This document shows, in pieces, positions 54,976-64,000 of a stretch of DNA of 64,000 bases. Source of the DNA: an uncultured virus (IMG/VR IMGVR_UViG_2886339191_000001) (taxonomy: Duplodnaviria > Heunggongvirae > Uroviricota > Caudoviricetes); the IMG/VR virus record IMGVR_UViG_2886339191_000001; one strand, given 5' to 3'. Made by a program: the position numbers and the translations under genes. The notes beneath the pieces were generated by a model. It was not told the origin of the DNA. It did not search any database and saw only the letters and a list, made by a program, of their open reading frames with translations. Positions within the stretch are counted from its first letter, which is position 1. Every line of letters begins with the position of its first letter.

Positions 54976-57900
54976 CTATTTCACTCCTGCTCTGACAAGT
55001 CGTGCATTCGCGGCGTTCGCGGCCTGCGCGATGACACCATCGCTCACCGTGAGCGACCCAGCAAATTCCTGGAAGAGATTGCGGAAGAACATCCGGTCGG
55101 AGGCGGACATCTCCGATACTGCGGAGGAGCCACGGCCCGAGGCAGCAGGCATATTGCCGCCGACTGGTCCTCCATTGGCGTAACCACCGAGCGATCGTTG
55201 GTGCATGCGAGCCAAGTTTTCGACCCCGTAGTACCGAACAGATTCTTGTGGGAAGACGTACTCACCAGCATGGACGATTCCGCGGGCGTCGTACTTTCCA
55301 CCGCCACCGGTATAGCCGCCCTGATCGAAGAACTTCATGCGAGTTCCAGAATTGAGGGTAGCGCCACCAGAGTTTTGGATGGCTGCACTGATCGGGTTGT
55401 TCTGGAAGTAGTTAACAAAACCTGGCCGCATGCCTGCAGCCAGCAAAGCGCCGGTTCCATACAGCTCGTTACGGTCCCAAGTTGCCTCGATCTTTACCGA
55501 TCCCTTTGAGAGGTTGATAGCGTCGAGGGCTGCCTGCAACGCCAGCTTGGCATCGTAATTACGGCCATCGATCGTCACGGTCCCGCGGCCCTGGTCAATA
55601 GCGGCAAGGGCCGCGCTGAGGACTTTTTTGGCGGGGATATTAGTGCCATTGATGGTGACTGTCGCCGTTGACTTGTTGACGGAGCCAAGGAGCTGCATCA
55701 GTTCATCACCAGCTCCAACTGTGTTGCCGTCGATGTTGACTGTGCCAACTGATTTGTTGATGCTGGCGACGATTTGATCGCGCGCAAGTTCAGCTTTTAC
55801 GATCTTGCCGTTGATCGAGACGTAACTTTCACCGCGCTCAATTGCCTTGAGCACGTCGCCAAGAGCCTGACTTGCTCCCTTCGTCTGGCCGCCGATCTTT
55901 ACTTTCGGAGCCTTCTCGTCGATGCCCGTATAGAGCTTTTTTAGTGCATCGTTGACGAGTATCGTGTCGCCGTTGAATACAATCGTTTTTTCTAGGTTGA
56001 GCCCGGCGTCGGCGATGAGCTTCGCCATCAATGCCTCAAAGTCGAATCCTGAACCGACGCCGCCGCCGCCTCCTCCTCCGCCCCCGCCACTTGCGTTTGC
56101 GGCTTTTAGCTTGGCCTCGAACTCGGCTATTGCTGCATCTACGCCCGTGATATCCAAGCCGACGGTGATGTTACGTGGGATGCGGTTGATTGCCAGCGTC
56201 ATGTCATCGAAGGAGCTGGCGTAATCGAGGATCGCGGAACGGGAGAAGCCGGCCTGGGTGGCCTGTGCAATGAACTGGGCCTTGAGTTCGGCAACCTTCT
56301 TCTTGAGCTGGTCGGCCGGCATACCCGTGGAGGCATAGGTGCCAATCAGGTCTTGGTATTTAGAGACCAGATCAGTGATGACTCCACGGTTTTCGATTGC
56401 CGCAGCAGAGTTACCAGTAAGGCTCGTCGACGAAGCCTCCTGTGCATCAGACATCTCTTTTACCGCTTTGGTCTGATCCCCATTGGCCGAACTGAGGTCA
56501 GCTTGGGCAGCGGCCGTATCGGAAGCGTTCTTGGCCAAGTCAGCCTGAATCTTCTTGACCCGCTCAGCATCTCCGTACATTGTGGCGACACGCAAGTAGT
56601 ATTCGCTGTTGCTCTTATCTGCCGCGAGCTGAGAGAGAGTGGCGTTGGCGTCGCGGCCCTTTTGGTTGGCGTTTTCGATTGCCTCGGCGGCGCTGTCAAT
56701 TTTCTCTTTCGCATCAGCGGAGTTGCTGGCGATATCGAGCCAGCTTTTGGAAAGGCCGTCCAGGGAAGTTTGAGGGGCAAACCGCATCTCGTTCATGCGC
56801 CTGAAAACCCCAGACAAGTCATTGCCGTAGTCCGCGAGAGTGCGGATTTGCTTAGCGGCCCCGCTGGCAGATTTGCCCACTCCGCCGACACCCTTGGAGG
56901 CACCGGCGGCCCCAGACTTCATGGCAGCCAGCATCGCGTTGACATCAGCGCCAGTTTTGTTGGTAGCAATAGCTACCCCAGTAAGCTGGCCCATGGTGGC
57001 CAGAAGTGGTGTGAGCTGCGCGACGGAGGCGAAACCCCCAGCGATGAGTGCGGAGAAGAGGGCAGAGATTTGTCCGGCAGCGGCTGGGCCGGATCCAGCA
57101 GACTCGACGATATTTGTCAGGACAGAGCTGAGGGCAGATCCACCAAGAGCAGCAGTGGCGCCGCTGCTGACGAATGCGCCACCGAGAGTGCTGAGGTCTC
57201 CGACGAGCGACTGCGCAGCGATGCTTTGCTGGAAGAATCCATCGATAGTTTTCTTGGACTCGTCAACGAAAAGCACTGCGGCAGCTCCGGCACCGGTAGC
57301 GGCATCGGCCTGCGCTCTTAACGCGGCCGTGGTTTGTTCTGCGGAAACCCCAACTGCATTGTTTGCAGCCGCTTGTGCTGCTGTTGCTTTTGCTGAATCT
57401 GTGACGGTGGTTTTTATAGCACTTGCACCTTTGGCCATGTCAAAAAATGCTGGTGCCGCAGACTTTAGCCTTGTAAGGTCTTCGTCTGATATGGCTCCAA
57501 TTTTTATCCCAGATGACGAGAGTGCGCGGTCATTACTCAGCCCAGCTTTGAGACCAGCCAAAAGCATGACGAGCTTTTCACGGCTAATTTTTAGCTGATT
57601 TGCCATGGAGTCCGTGAGCTGTGTCACGTAGTCAGCTCCACCCTTGACGGGATCCCCGATGGATGCTTTCAGCAGCGCGGCCGGGTCGCCACCAAAGCTT
57701 TGGATAGCTCGGTTGCCGGCATTGTCATCAAACAGTTTCTGCACTGTTTTGTTGTTCGCAAGCTCGTTGGCAAGAGCCGCTTTGGTGTTCTCGCCGTAGG
57801 CAATTGTCTGGTTTCTGATCTTTTCCGTGGCGTTAGTGGTCCCGCTATTCAGCTTGACCTGTGCCCCAGTGGCGCTCTCAATGCCGCCCACCCAATCTTT

Positions 57901-60615
57901 TGCTGCAACGGTTGTGTCTTTGACGGTGGTGGTGATGGTGGTGATTGCTTTGCCGGTTTTTGCATACTCAGCCTGGTCTTTTGCCATGGCCGTGCTGATC
58001 GAGCTTGAGTCACCGAAAAACTCTTTGGCCGCAGCACCTGCTGTCTTCTGTGATTCGCTGAATTGGACGAGCGCCGCTGCGGCAGTGCCGATAAGGACAA
58101 TCAGCGCACCAATGCCCGTGCTGATGAGTGCAGCTTTCAAGCCAATAGAACTGACTGTTGCGAGCCGCTGGGCACCCGCAAGCCCATTTGTGGCGACTAT
58201 GGCAGTACCGGTTGCCGCCGCATTAGCGCCCGTGGCAACCGTGCTTGCAGCGGTAGCGGCAGTAGCGGCTGCGGTTGCTGCAGTTTTTGCTGCCGTAGCT
58301 GCGGTTGCCTCTAGCATGAAAGTTCGCAGAGCGAGAAGTGATCCAGTAAACCGCGCTGTACCGGCTGCTGCGAGTGCAATCACACCAGTAAGGGCAACGA
58401 TTGCAAGAGCTGCAAAAATGAAAGGTTGGTTGCTTTTTTCTCCCGCGAAATCGCTGATTAGTCGGAAAAAATCAGTCAGAGATAGCACCAGGTCATTGAG
58501 CGGTCCCTTTGCCGCCCCGCCGATGGAGGCGAACATGGCGGTTATCGTGTTGCTGAGGATTGTTAGCTTGGCGGCGAGAGTGTCGTTCGTGATGCCGTAC
58601 TGGGCGCTTAGCTCGTCGGCATTCTTGAATCCATCGGCAGCGTTCCCGAGCGACTGCTGGAGGATGTCGGTGTTCTGAGCGAGCTTGAGTAGCGCGGGGA
58701 TATCGCGGGTGCTAGTGAGGCCGAGGGCTTGCAGAGTGGCGATTGCGCTGTCGCCAGAGGCGTTGACGCCTGTGAGTAAGTCCACAAGGCTCGAGCCGGC
58801 GTCGGCCTTGAATGCTGCGCGGAACTGGTCACCCGTTTGCCCAGAGAGCGCGCCAAACTTTGCAAGGGCGGCCGTGTCTCCGTTGATTGCTTCTTGGATT
58901 GAGATAAATAGCCGGGTAACCGTCGAGCGCGCAGCCTCTGGGGCAATTCCGATGGAGGCAAGCGCACCAGAAAGTCCGATGACTTCATCGGTAGTGAGTC
59001 CGACCGTGCCAGAGATACCGGCGATGTTCTGGGAAATGGCGATGATCTGCGACTCAGTGGCGACCGAGTTGACACCGACCTTGAGGATGGAGGAGGCGAG
59101 TGCTTCGTAGTTGCTGTTGACGTCGGGCAAAAGTTGGTTGAGACGGCCGAGCGCGGTGCCTGAAGCCTCAATGGTTACATTTGTCGTTGCCGAGAACTGA
59201 GCGGTGACTTTGGTGAAATGCGTAAGGTCATTAGCGGCGATGTTGAGCTGGCCACCGAGAGTACCGATCGCAGATAGGTCACTAAACGAGACTGGGATTG
59301 ACTGGGACAGATCAATAAAGTCAGCCTTGAGCGACTGTGCGGCCTGCCCAGTCGCGCCGACTGTGCGCTGCACCTGGGCGAAGTCTTTCTCGAAACTGAT
59401 GGCAGCGCCGGCCGCAGCAGCGAAGGCGCCCACCAGAGCCGTACCAGTTATAGCCGCCGCGAAGGAGACATCGTAGAGTGCGTAGCGCACTCGTGGCAAT
59501 CGACTTTCGTCAATACCTAGAAATGCCTTTTTTGGGCCACCACCTGGCTGATCCTCAGCAGCCTGGAGGGCCTTGGACGCAGCTCGGCTTTTCTCTTTGG
59601 CAGCAACGACGCGGTTGGTCGCCTCGAGCTGCGCCTGCAGGTTTCCGGGAGAGCTACGCTGAACGGCCTGCAGCTCCTTCTCTGCGACAGTGAGCTGGGT
59701 GGTAGCAAGCTGCGCGCGTTTCTTGGAGGCAGCGACGACCCCGTTATCCCTGACATCCTTATCGAAGGCGTTGTCCAAATTGATCTTTGCGACTTTGCCC
59801 CTGGCGGCATCGAGCTGCTCCTGCAGCTTGGCCTTCGCTGCAGTAAGCCGGGTGGTTTCAGCAGCGGCCTTGGCCTCTTCAGCGGTGAGACGCTGCGTGG
59901 CGGCGCGCTCTTCCTCCATAGCTGCAGCGACATTCCGAGAGGCATTTGCCAGCGTAGGCAAAGAGGCGTCTTTCTTTTCCAGGCGAGAAAGTGCAATCTG
60001 TGCGGAAGCCAGGTTGGTAGATGACGTGGCAGCGCGGAGCTGTGCAGCCCCAAGCGCCCCGAGCTTGGCAATCTGCTCGTCTTCACCGTTTGCGCTCTGA
60101 ACAGTGGCAATGCGTTTCTCAGCGGTGGCGATTTCGCTTGCTGCCGTCGTGAGGACGTTGGCATAGCTTGCAGTACGAGCAGCAATCGTGGCGAGCTTAT
60201 CGAGCTGGTCACTGCCCCTCTCCTTGTTGGGATCGAGCTTCTTGCCCGGCTCGTCACCGGTCAGTGCGTTTTTGCGGAAATTCGAGTAGGCGCGGGACGC
60301 ATCATTGACTTCCTGGACGCGCTTGGTCCATGCAGCGGAGCCGCGGATTGTCGCCGACTCTTCTGTATTGAGAGAGCGAGTCAGCTCGCCAACCTGAGTT
60401 GTGAGAATTGTGACTGCAGTCTTGTTTCCAAGAAGGTCTTTCTCAAGCTTCTCTAGTGCCCTTCCGGTTGCCTGAGTTTTGCCTTCAAGGCCGGCCATGC
60501 TTGTGATCGTGCCGTCAAGACTTTTCTCGAGTCCCTTGAGCTGATCGAGGGCCTGAGCGAGCCCAGTGATGATGAAGTTCAGACGTGCTTCAAGGCTGAA
60601 ATCTTCGGCGGCCAC
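54976..60615 (-). CDS. Tape measure protein
   Basis: 1879 aa, Ala-rich and helical; TP901-type core ('FEKDFAQVQRT...IGTLGGQL'); C-terminal 'GGYTG...GIVHAGEYV'. Confidence 0.93.
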   Translation of the reverse strand: MAAEDFSLEARLNFIITGLAQALDQLKGLEKSLDGTITSMAGLEGKTQATGRALEKLEKDLLGNKTAVTILTTQVGELTRSLNTEESATIRGSAAWTKRVQEVNDASRAYSNFRKNALTGDEPGKKLDPNKERGSDQLDKLATIAARTASYANVLTTAASEIATAEKRIATVQSANGEDEQIAKLGALGAAQLRAATSSTNLASAQIALSRLEKKDASLPTLANASRNVAAAMEEERAATQRLTAEEAKAAAETTRLTAAKAKLQEQLDAARGKVAKINLDNAFDKDVRDNGVVAASKKRAQLATTQLTVAEKELQAVQRSSPGNLQAQLEATNRVVAAKEKSRAASKALQAAEDQPGGGPKKAFLGIDESRLPRVRYALYDVSFAAAITGTALVGAFAAAAGAAISFEKDFAQVQRTVGATGQAAQSLKADFIDLSQSIPVSFSDLSAIGTLGGQLNIAANDLTHFTKVTAQFSATTNVTIEASGTALGRLNQLLPDVNSNYEALASSILKVGVNSVATESQIIAISQNIAGISGTVGLTTDEVIGLSGALASIGIAPEAARSTVTRLFISIQEAINGDTAALAKFGALSGQTGDQFRAAFKADAGSSLVDLLTGVNASGDSAIATLQALGLTSTRDIPALLKLAQNTDILQQSLGNAADGFKNADELSAQYGITNDTLAAKLTILSNTITAMFASIGGAAKGPLNDLVLSLTDFFRLISDFAGEKSNQPFIFAALAIVALTGVIALAAAGTARFTGSLLALRTFMLEATAATAAKTAATAAATAATAASTVATGANAAATGTAIVATNGLAGAQRLATVSSIGLKAALISTGIGALIVLIGTAAAALVQFSESQKTAGAAAKEFFGDSSSISTAMAKDQAEYAKTGKAITTITTTVKDTTVAAKDWVGGIESATGAQVKLNSGTTNATEKIRNQTIAYGENTKAALANELANNKTVQKLFDDNAGNRAIQSFGGDPAALLKASIGDPVKGGADYVTQLTDSMANQLKISREKLVMLLAGLKAGLSNDRALSSSGIKIGAISDEDLTRLKSAAPAFFDMAKGASAIKTTVTDSAKATAAQAAANNAVGVSAEQTTAALRAQADAATGAGAAAVLFVDESKKTIDGFFQQSIAAQSLVGDLSTLGGAFVSSGATAALGGSALSSVLTNIVESAGSGPAAAGQISALFSALIAGGFASVAQLTPLLATMGQLTGVAIATNKTGADVNAMLAAMKSGAAGASKGVGGVGKSASGAAKQIRTLADYGNDLSGVFRRMNEMRFAPQTSLDGLSKSWLDIASNSADAKEKIDSAAEAIENANQKGRDANATLSQLAADKSNSEYYLRVATMYGDAERVKKIQADLAKNASDTAAAQADLSSANGDQTKAVKEMSDAQEASSTSLTGNSAAAIENRGVITDLVSKYQDLIGTYASTGMPADQLKKKVAELKAQFIAQATQAGFSRSAILDYASSFDDMTLAINRIPRNITVGLDITGVDAAIAEFEAKLKAANASGGGGGGGGGGVGSGFDFEALMAKLIADAGLNLEKTIVFNGDTILVNDALKKLYTGIDEKAPKVKIGGQTKGASQALGDVLKAIERGESYVSINGKIVKAELARDQIVASINKSVGTVNIDGNTVGAGDELMQLLGSVNKSTATVTINGTNIPAKKVLSAALAAIDQGRGTVTIDGRNYDAKLALQAALDAINLSKGSVKIEATWDRNELYGTGALLAAGMRPGFVNYFQNNPISAAIQNSGGATLNSGTRMKFFDQGGYTGGGGKYDARGIVHAGEYVFPQESVRYYGVENLARMHQRSLGGYANGGPVGGNMPAASGRGSSAVSEMSASDRMFFRNLFQEFAGSLTVSDGVIAQAANAANARLVRAGVK

Positions 60616-60661
60616 CGGTCACTCCCTCTCTAACGATTCACTGAAATACTACAGTCAACCT

Positions 60662-61914
60662 TCAGGAAACCCTCAGAGAGTCCATGATTTCCTTCCGGCG
60701 CTCCATCTCCGCTTGGTAGTACCGGTCCCGGTAAGTGACGAAATCGCTGTCGTCAGTTGTGTACGGCATCGGGCGGAGGGTTGAGCCAGGCGGCTTCTTA
60801 TATGCGTCGTCTTTGCGCTTGCCCTCCTCGAAAATATCGACCGCTTTTGTTGCCTCACAAGTGTCTTCTTCTATGCGGAAACGGATATGCGGGTCGTCGC
60901 TGTGGCAGATATAGACAGGCAGGCCACAGTGGCATCGCTCAGACTCAAGGGTCTGTACCGCCTCGATGAGGAGGTAGTCCCACTCGCTCCACTGGGCGTT
61001 TGTCGGATTGCGCTTGCGGAATAGAAACGCCGTTGGCGGCAACTTCGCGGAGATTGCCGCCTTGATGATCGAGACGTACCTGGCACCGGCGCTAGATGCC
61101 AGGTAGCCCGCTAAAAATCCGCTTGTGCGATGGCCGACTCAGAGATGGCGTTCCTGAACTGCAGGTCATTGACCGCTGCGAAGAACTTTGAGGACTGGCT
61201 GATCGGCATGAAGTCGCGGATTGTCTCAATCTCTTCTAGCGAGAGCTTCGTGCCAGAGCGACCATTCCTGTTGTCGCGGAATCGCCCCACCATGTCAAAG
61301 GCCAGCTCAAGGAGCTGCTGCTCCTCGAACTCATCCTGTCGATCCTCGGGGATCCCCTTTTCGGTAAGCCCGAGAGTCTTCCGTGCTCGTCGTGCTGCCC
61401 CACGAGCGATCTTGTAAGGAATGGCGCGCAGCTCGATTGACAGCGACTCCTTGTTGACCAACGCCCGGACCTCATCGGCCGCCATGTCCATCTCAATCTG
61501 CTTCGCACGCAAGGGCGCCATCTGCTCGAGCAGGGCAATGCGCTCACTGATTTGGCGCTCTCCTTCTTCGATCTGGTCTTGAATCTCGCCGGCGTCTTCA
61601 GCATTGGCCTTCTTGATATCGCGCTTGAGCTTGGCGACAACTTTCTTGAGTTCGTCGACGCCGCTGCCGTTGCGCTCAGCCTGGTCGAGAATGTTGCGGA
61701 GCTGGCCAAGTGCCGCTTCGATGCCAATGAGCTTCTCGCTATTTACTTCGTCGTAGCCGAGGTCAATTTTGACTGTCCGCATATCGCGGTTCTTGATGTT
61801 GTCGATCAGACTGCCGGATTCGATGAAGGAGGCCTTGGCCTCTTCGATAATTTCCTCCACCTCGTTCCGCTCGACATTGATGTCGTCGGAAGTGGTTTCC
61901 AGTGCGTCGGTCAT
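60662..61914 (-). CDS. Tail assembly chaperone, long (G-T) form via -1 frameshift
   Basis: GGATTTT at 61120-61114 just before TAG; the -1 frame stays open into ORF 60662..61042. Confidence 0.8.
61111..61914 (-). CDS. Tail assembly chaperone, short (G) form
   Basis: Start MTDAL after GGAGGAG; between tail tube and tape measure genes. Confidence 0.8.
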   Translation of the reverse strand: MTDALETTSDDINVERNEVEEIIEEAKASFIESGSLIDNIKNRDMRTVKIDLGYDEVNSEKLIGIEAALGQLRNILDQAERNGSGVDELKKVVAKLKRDIKKANAEDAGEIQDQIEEGERQISERIALLEQMAPLRAKQIEMDMAADEVRALVNKESLSIELRAIPYKIARGAARRARKTLGLTEKGIPEDRQDEFEEQQLLELAFDMVGRFRDNRNGRSGTKLSLEEIETIRDFMPISQSSKFFAAVNDLQFRNAISESAIAQADF

Positions 61915-61982
61915 TGCTCCTCCAAGCATTGTGGGCTGCCTCCCAGCCATTTCCCAGTGTAGGCCGGAAGCCTTTAGCCAGC

Positions 61983-62014
61983 AAAAAACCCCGCCGCTCG
62001 AAAGCGACGGGGTC
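61983..62014 (-). terminator. Terminator after the major tail gene
   Basis: ACCCCGTCGCT-TTCG-AGCGGCGGGGT followed by TTTTT. Confidence 0.85.
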
Positions 62015-62029
62015 CTCTGTGTGTTGAAG

Positions 62030-62791
62030 TTACGCCGTGGTTGTGATTACGACCGCGGTCGACGCAAGCGCGCCCGGGAAGGTGACGCTGATGTTTGCCG
62101 TACCCACCGCGATGCGCTGCACGATGCCGTGCTCGGAGACGGTGGCCTTGCTCGGGTCGCTGGTGACCCACTTCGCACCGACCGTGATGTTCTTGCCCTG
62201 GTAGATCGCCTTGAGGCGAGCGACAGAGCTGACGATGCCCGAAGCGGCACCCGCCACAATGGACACCGTAGGGGCAACTGCGGCCGCTGGAGCGACGATT
62301 CCACGCACTGCCATGTCGGACTGCGGAAGTAGCTCGACAACCCACGAATAGCTGGATGCGCCACGCACGTCGCTCGGGGCGTCCGTAAGGACGTGCCAGG
62401 CGTTGTACTCGTGGCCCGCAGCAAGAGCCGACGAGGCGCTTTCCACCGGGCGGTTCAGGAAGATGATGTCGCTTCCAGCGGGCTTTATGCCCACCTCGGC
62501 AGCACGGAACGTCGAGGTAGTGTCGCTGTCCTGCGCCTTGAAGCACGAGAGGCTGCCACCGAAATCGCCGTTACCGGAGGTCTTGGCGCCTGCAGCGTCC
62601 GCGAAGGAGCGGTCATCTGCAGACAGGCTCGCCTTGGTGTTGAAGTTGGTGCCGTCAAGCTTTGCGGCATCCGTGATGTTGATGAATGTCGCTGCTTCGG
62701 TAGCGGTGATTGCCTTGATGTTGGCAACCGCAGTCGCCGGGGCGAAGAACCACGCGAGGTTCTTGTTGGTGAGTACGCGCTTGTTGGGCAT
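62030..62791 (-). CDS. Major tail (tube) protein with C-terminal Ig-like domain
   Basis: C-terminal 'WVTSDPSKATVSEHGIV...GTANISVT' (Big_2 pattern). Confidence 0.85.
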   Translation of the reverse strand: MPNKRVLTNKNLAWFFAPATAVANIKAITATEAATFINITDAAKLDGTNFNTKASLSADDRSFADAAGAKTSGNGDFGGSLSCFKAQDSDTTSTFRAAEVGIKPAGSDIIFLNRPVESASSALAAGHEYNAWHVLTDAPSDVRGASSYSWVVELLPQSDMAVRGIVAPAAAVAPTVSIVAGAASGIVSSVARLKAIYQGKNITVGAKWVTSDPSKATVSEHGIVQRIAVGTANISVTFPGALASTAVVITTTA

Positions 62792-62802
62792 GTCTGGATT
62801 CC

Positions 62803-63387
62803 TTAGAGGAGGATCGCGTCTTCAACGCTGATGGACTTGGTGACGAGGGAAACCTCGATGGTCTGGTTGTTGCCGTCTCCGTACATGTCGATCGGGTGAT
62901 CTGTTTGCACGTAGAAGGCGTTGTACTTCTGGCCCGCCAACGCAGCAGAGTTGTATGCGAATCCGATCCGGCGGAAGGCGATGTAGCGCACGCCGCGCGC
63001 ACGGATGTTGTCGTTTGCCAGGTTGTAGTTCGAGTCTGTCGCGGCGCTGAGCTTGTCCCGGAAGATGGTGAGCTTCGCGTCGTAGTTCTGACTGGTCGGG
63101 ACGACGGAGTTGCCGCTGGCGTTGATTGCTTTGTCGCCGTCGGTCTCGGAGCTGCTCTGGGCGAGCTTTGAGTCGTCCTTCACCGAGAGGGTGATGTTTC
63201 CGCCGGCGCCTGTGTATCCGGCGCTGGAGCGGTCAACGATGGACAGGTACTCGTTGACTGCGGCTGCGGTCAGGACGCCGATCTTGAAAGATCCGGCCAC
63301 GCCGATCGACTGGGGATCACCGAGAACCTCGACAGCGGGTATAAGCACCCATGCCTCGGTGTCCGCTGCAATAACTTTGTCGGCCAT
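62803..63387 (-). CDS. Second tail-tube-like protein, paralog of 62030..62791
   Basis: 'SAALAGQKYNAFYVQTDHPID' aligns with 'SALAAGHEYNAWHVLTDAPSD'. Confidence 0.7.
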   Translation of the reverse strand: MADKVIAADTEAWVLIPAVEVLGDPQSIGVAGSFKIGVLTAAAVNEYLSIVDRSSAGYTGAGGNITLSVKDDSKLAQSSSETDGDKAINASGNSVVPTSQNYDAKLTIFRDKLSAATDSNYNLANDNIRARGVRYIAFRRIGFAYNSAALAGQKYNAFYVQTDHPIDMYGDGNNQTIEVSLVTKSISVEDAILL

Positions 63388-63569
63388 TAGGAGGCCACCT
63401 CTCTTTTGCTCTTCGTGGTGACGGGGGCTCCGTCATTGGATTCGGTTTCGGGGGTGACCTCGGGCTCGGCCGTAACTAGCCGCAGCTCGGGAAACAGGTT
63501 TGCAACAGCATCGCTGTACTGGCCCACCAGACCGGTGATTTCGTGCTTGTAGGACTTGAGTTCGCTCAT
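63387..63569 (-). CDS. Small hypothetical protein (60 aa, leaderless)
   Basis: Start MSELK 7 nt after the late-promoter -10 box; TAATG coupling downstream. Confidence 0.65.
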   Translation of the reverse strand: MSELKSYKHEITGLVGQYSDAVANLFPELRLVTAEPEVTPETESNDGAPVTTKSKREVAS

Positions 63570-63576
63570 ACAGCTA

Positions 63577-63608
63577 AGTGTAGAGAAACCTACAGCGATT
63601 TTCCAGAA
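63577..63608 (-). promoter_or_regulatory. Late promoter motif, leaderless (TTCTG-N8-CTG-N10-TACACT-N7-ATG)
   Basis: Conserved spacing with the other copies. Confidence 0.75.
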
Positions 63609-63618
63609 ACGCGGTATG

Positions 63619-64000
63619 CTACCCGGTCGACATGTTGATCGTGGTCGCCATAGCCGCAACTTTGGAGAAGATCGCTGGGCGGCTGATGGTGCGTGTGGCT
63701 GACCCATTCGAGGCATACGGCATGCGAATTGGGGTGGCGTTTCCATCGCTCGGTATCCAGTTGACCAGACGTTTGACAACCTCCCTGAACAGCGCGTTTA
63801 GCGATTTACGGTCTCCGGCGTAGCAGCCAACAACAAACGTCATCGTGTAAGGGATGTCGTCTTCGCCGTCGCCCATCGAGCGGCCACCGCCATTGAGCGC
63901 GAACGGGGCACCGACAGACAACACAATGTAGGGCCGCGCCTTGCCAACAGAATCGAGCAAGACATCTGCATCATCTGGGGCCATGTCCAAGATCCGTCCG
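63619..64000 (-). CDS. Tail terminator/completion protein (5' end probably beyond the window)
   Basis: 'RPYIVL...FVVGCYA...RLVNWIP'; upstream of the tail tube genes. Confidence 0.65.
   Translation of the reverse strand, partial: GRILDMAPDDADVLLDSVGKARPYIVLSVGAPFALNGGGRSMGDGEDDIPYTMTFVVGCYAGDRKSLNALFREVVKRLVNWIPSDGNATPIRMPYASNGSATRTISRPAIFSKVAAMATTINMSTG

Noticed and set aside
55500..55990. Repeats in the tape measure C-terminal region as a DNA repeat element
   Set aside because: These are degenerate protein-level repeats ('TVTIDG'-like), ordinary for tape measure proteins
62792..62805. Readthrough fusing the two tail-tube genes
   Set aside because: The ORFs are out of frame, there is no clear slippery site, and the second has its own AAGGA RBS

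Overview
This window is most of a GC-rich tailed (siphovirus-type) actinobacteriophage genome; WhiB, DUF3039 and DprA genes point to an actinobacterial host. Both window ends lie in the head-tail connector module, so this is probably a nearly complete, circularly permuted genome. The minus strand carries head and packaging genes (241-7416), a DGQHR/DndB-family cassette, and an early operon (9374-14537) with dNMP kinase, HAD nucleotidase, DnaQ, RNA ligase and an Acb2/Tad1-like protein. A ~1.65 kb divergent non-coding region follows. The plus strand then carries early, recombination and replication genes (16199-42742), and the minus strand carries lysis and tail genes (42881-64000). I recognised no integrase or replicative DNA polymerase. 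The most notable signals are: (1) a duplicated strong promoter cassette upstream of ~220 nt and ~810 nt of densely base-paired, ORF-poor sequence (candidate large phage ncRNA); (2) a tRNA-like RNA whose anticodon arm is replaced by a 55-nt domain; (3) a palindrome TAGC-NN-GCTA at about 20 gene boundaries and promoters; (4) a late-promoter motif CTG-N8-CTG-N10-TANNNT, mostly leaderless; (5) an Acb2/Tad1-like sponge candidate and a DndB-like moron; (6) an uncalled 24-aa acidic peptide ending in CxxC. All product calls come from motif recognition by eye; no database search was run.
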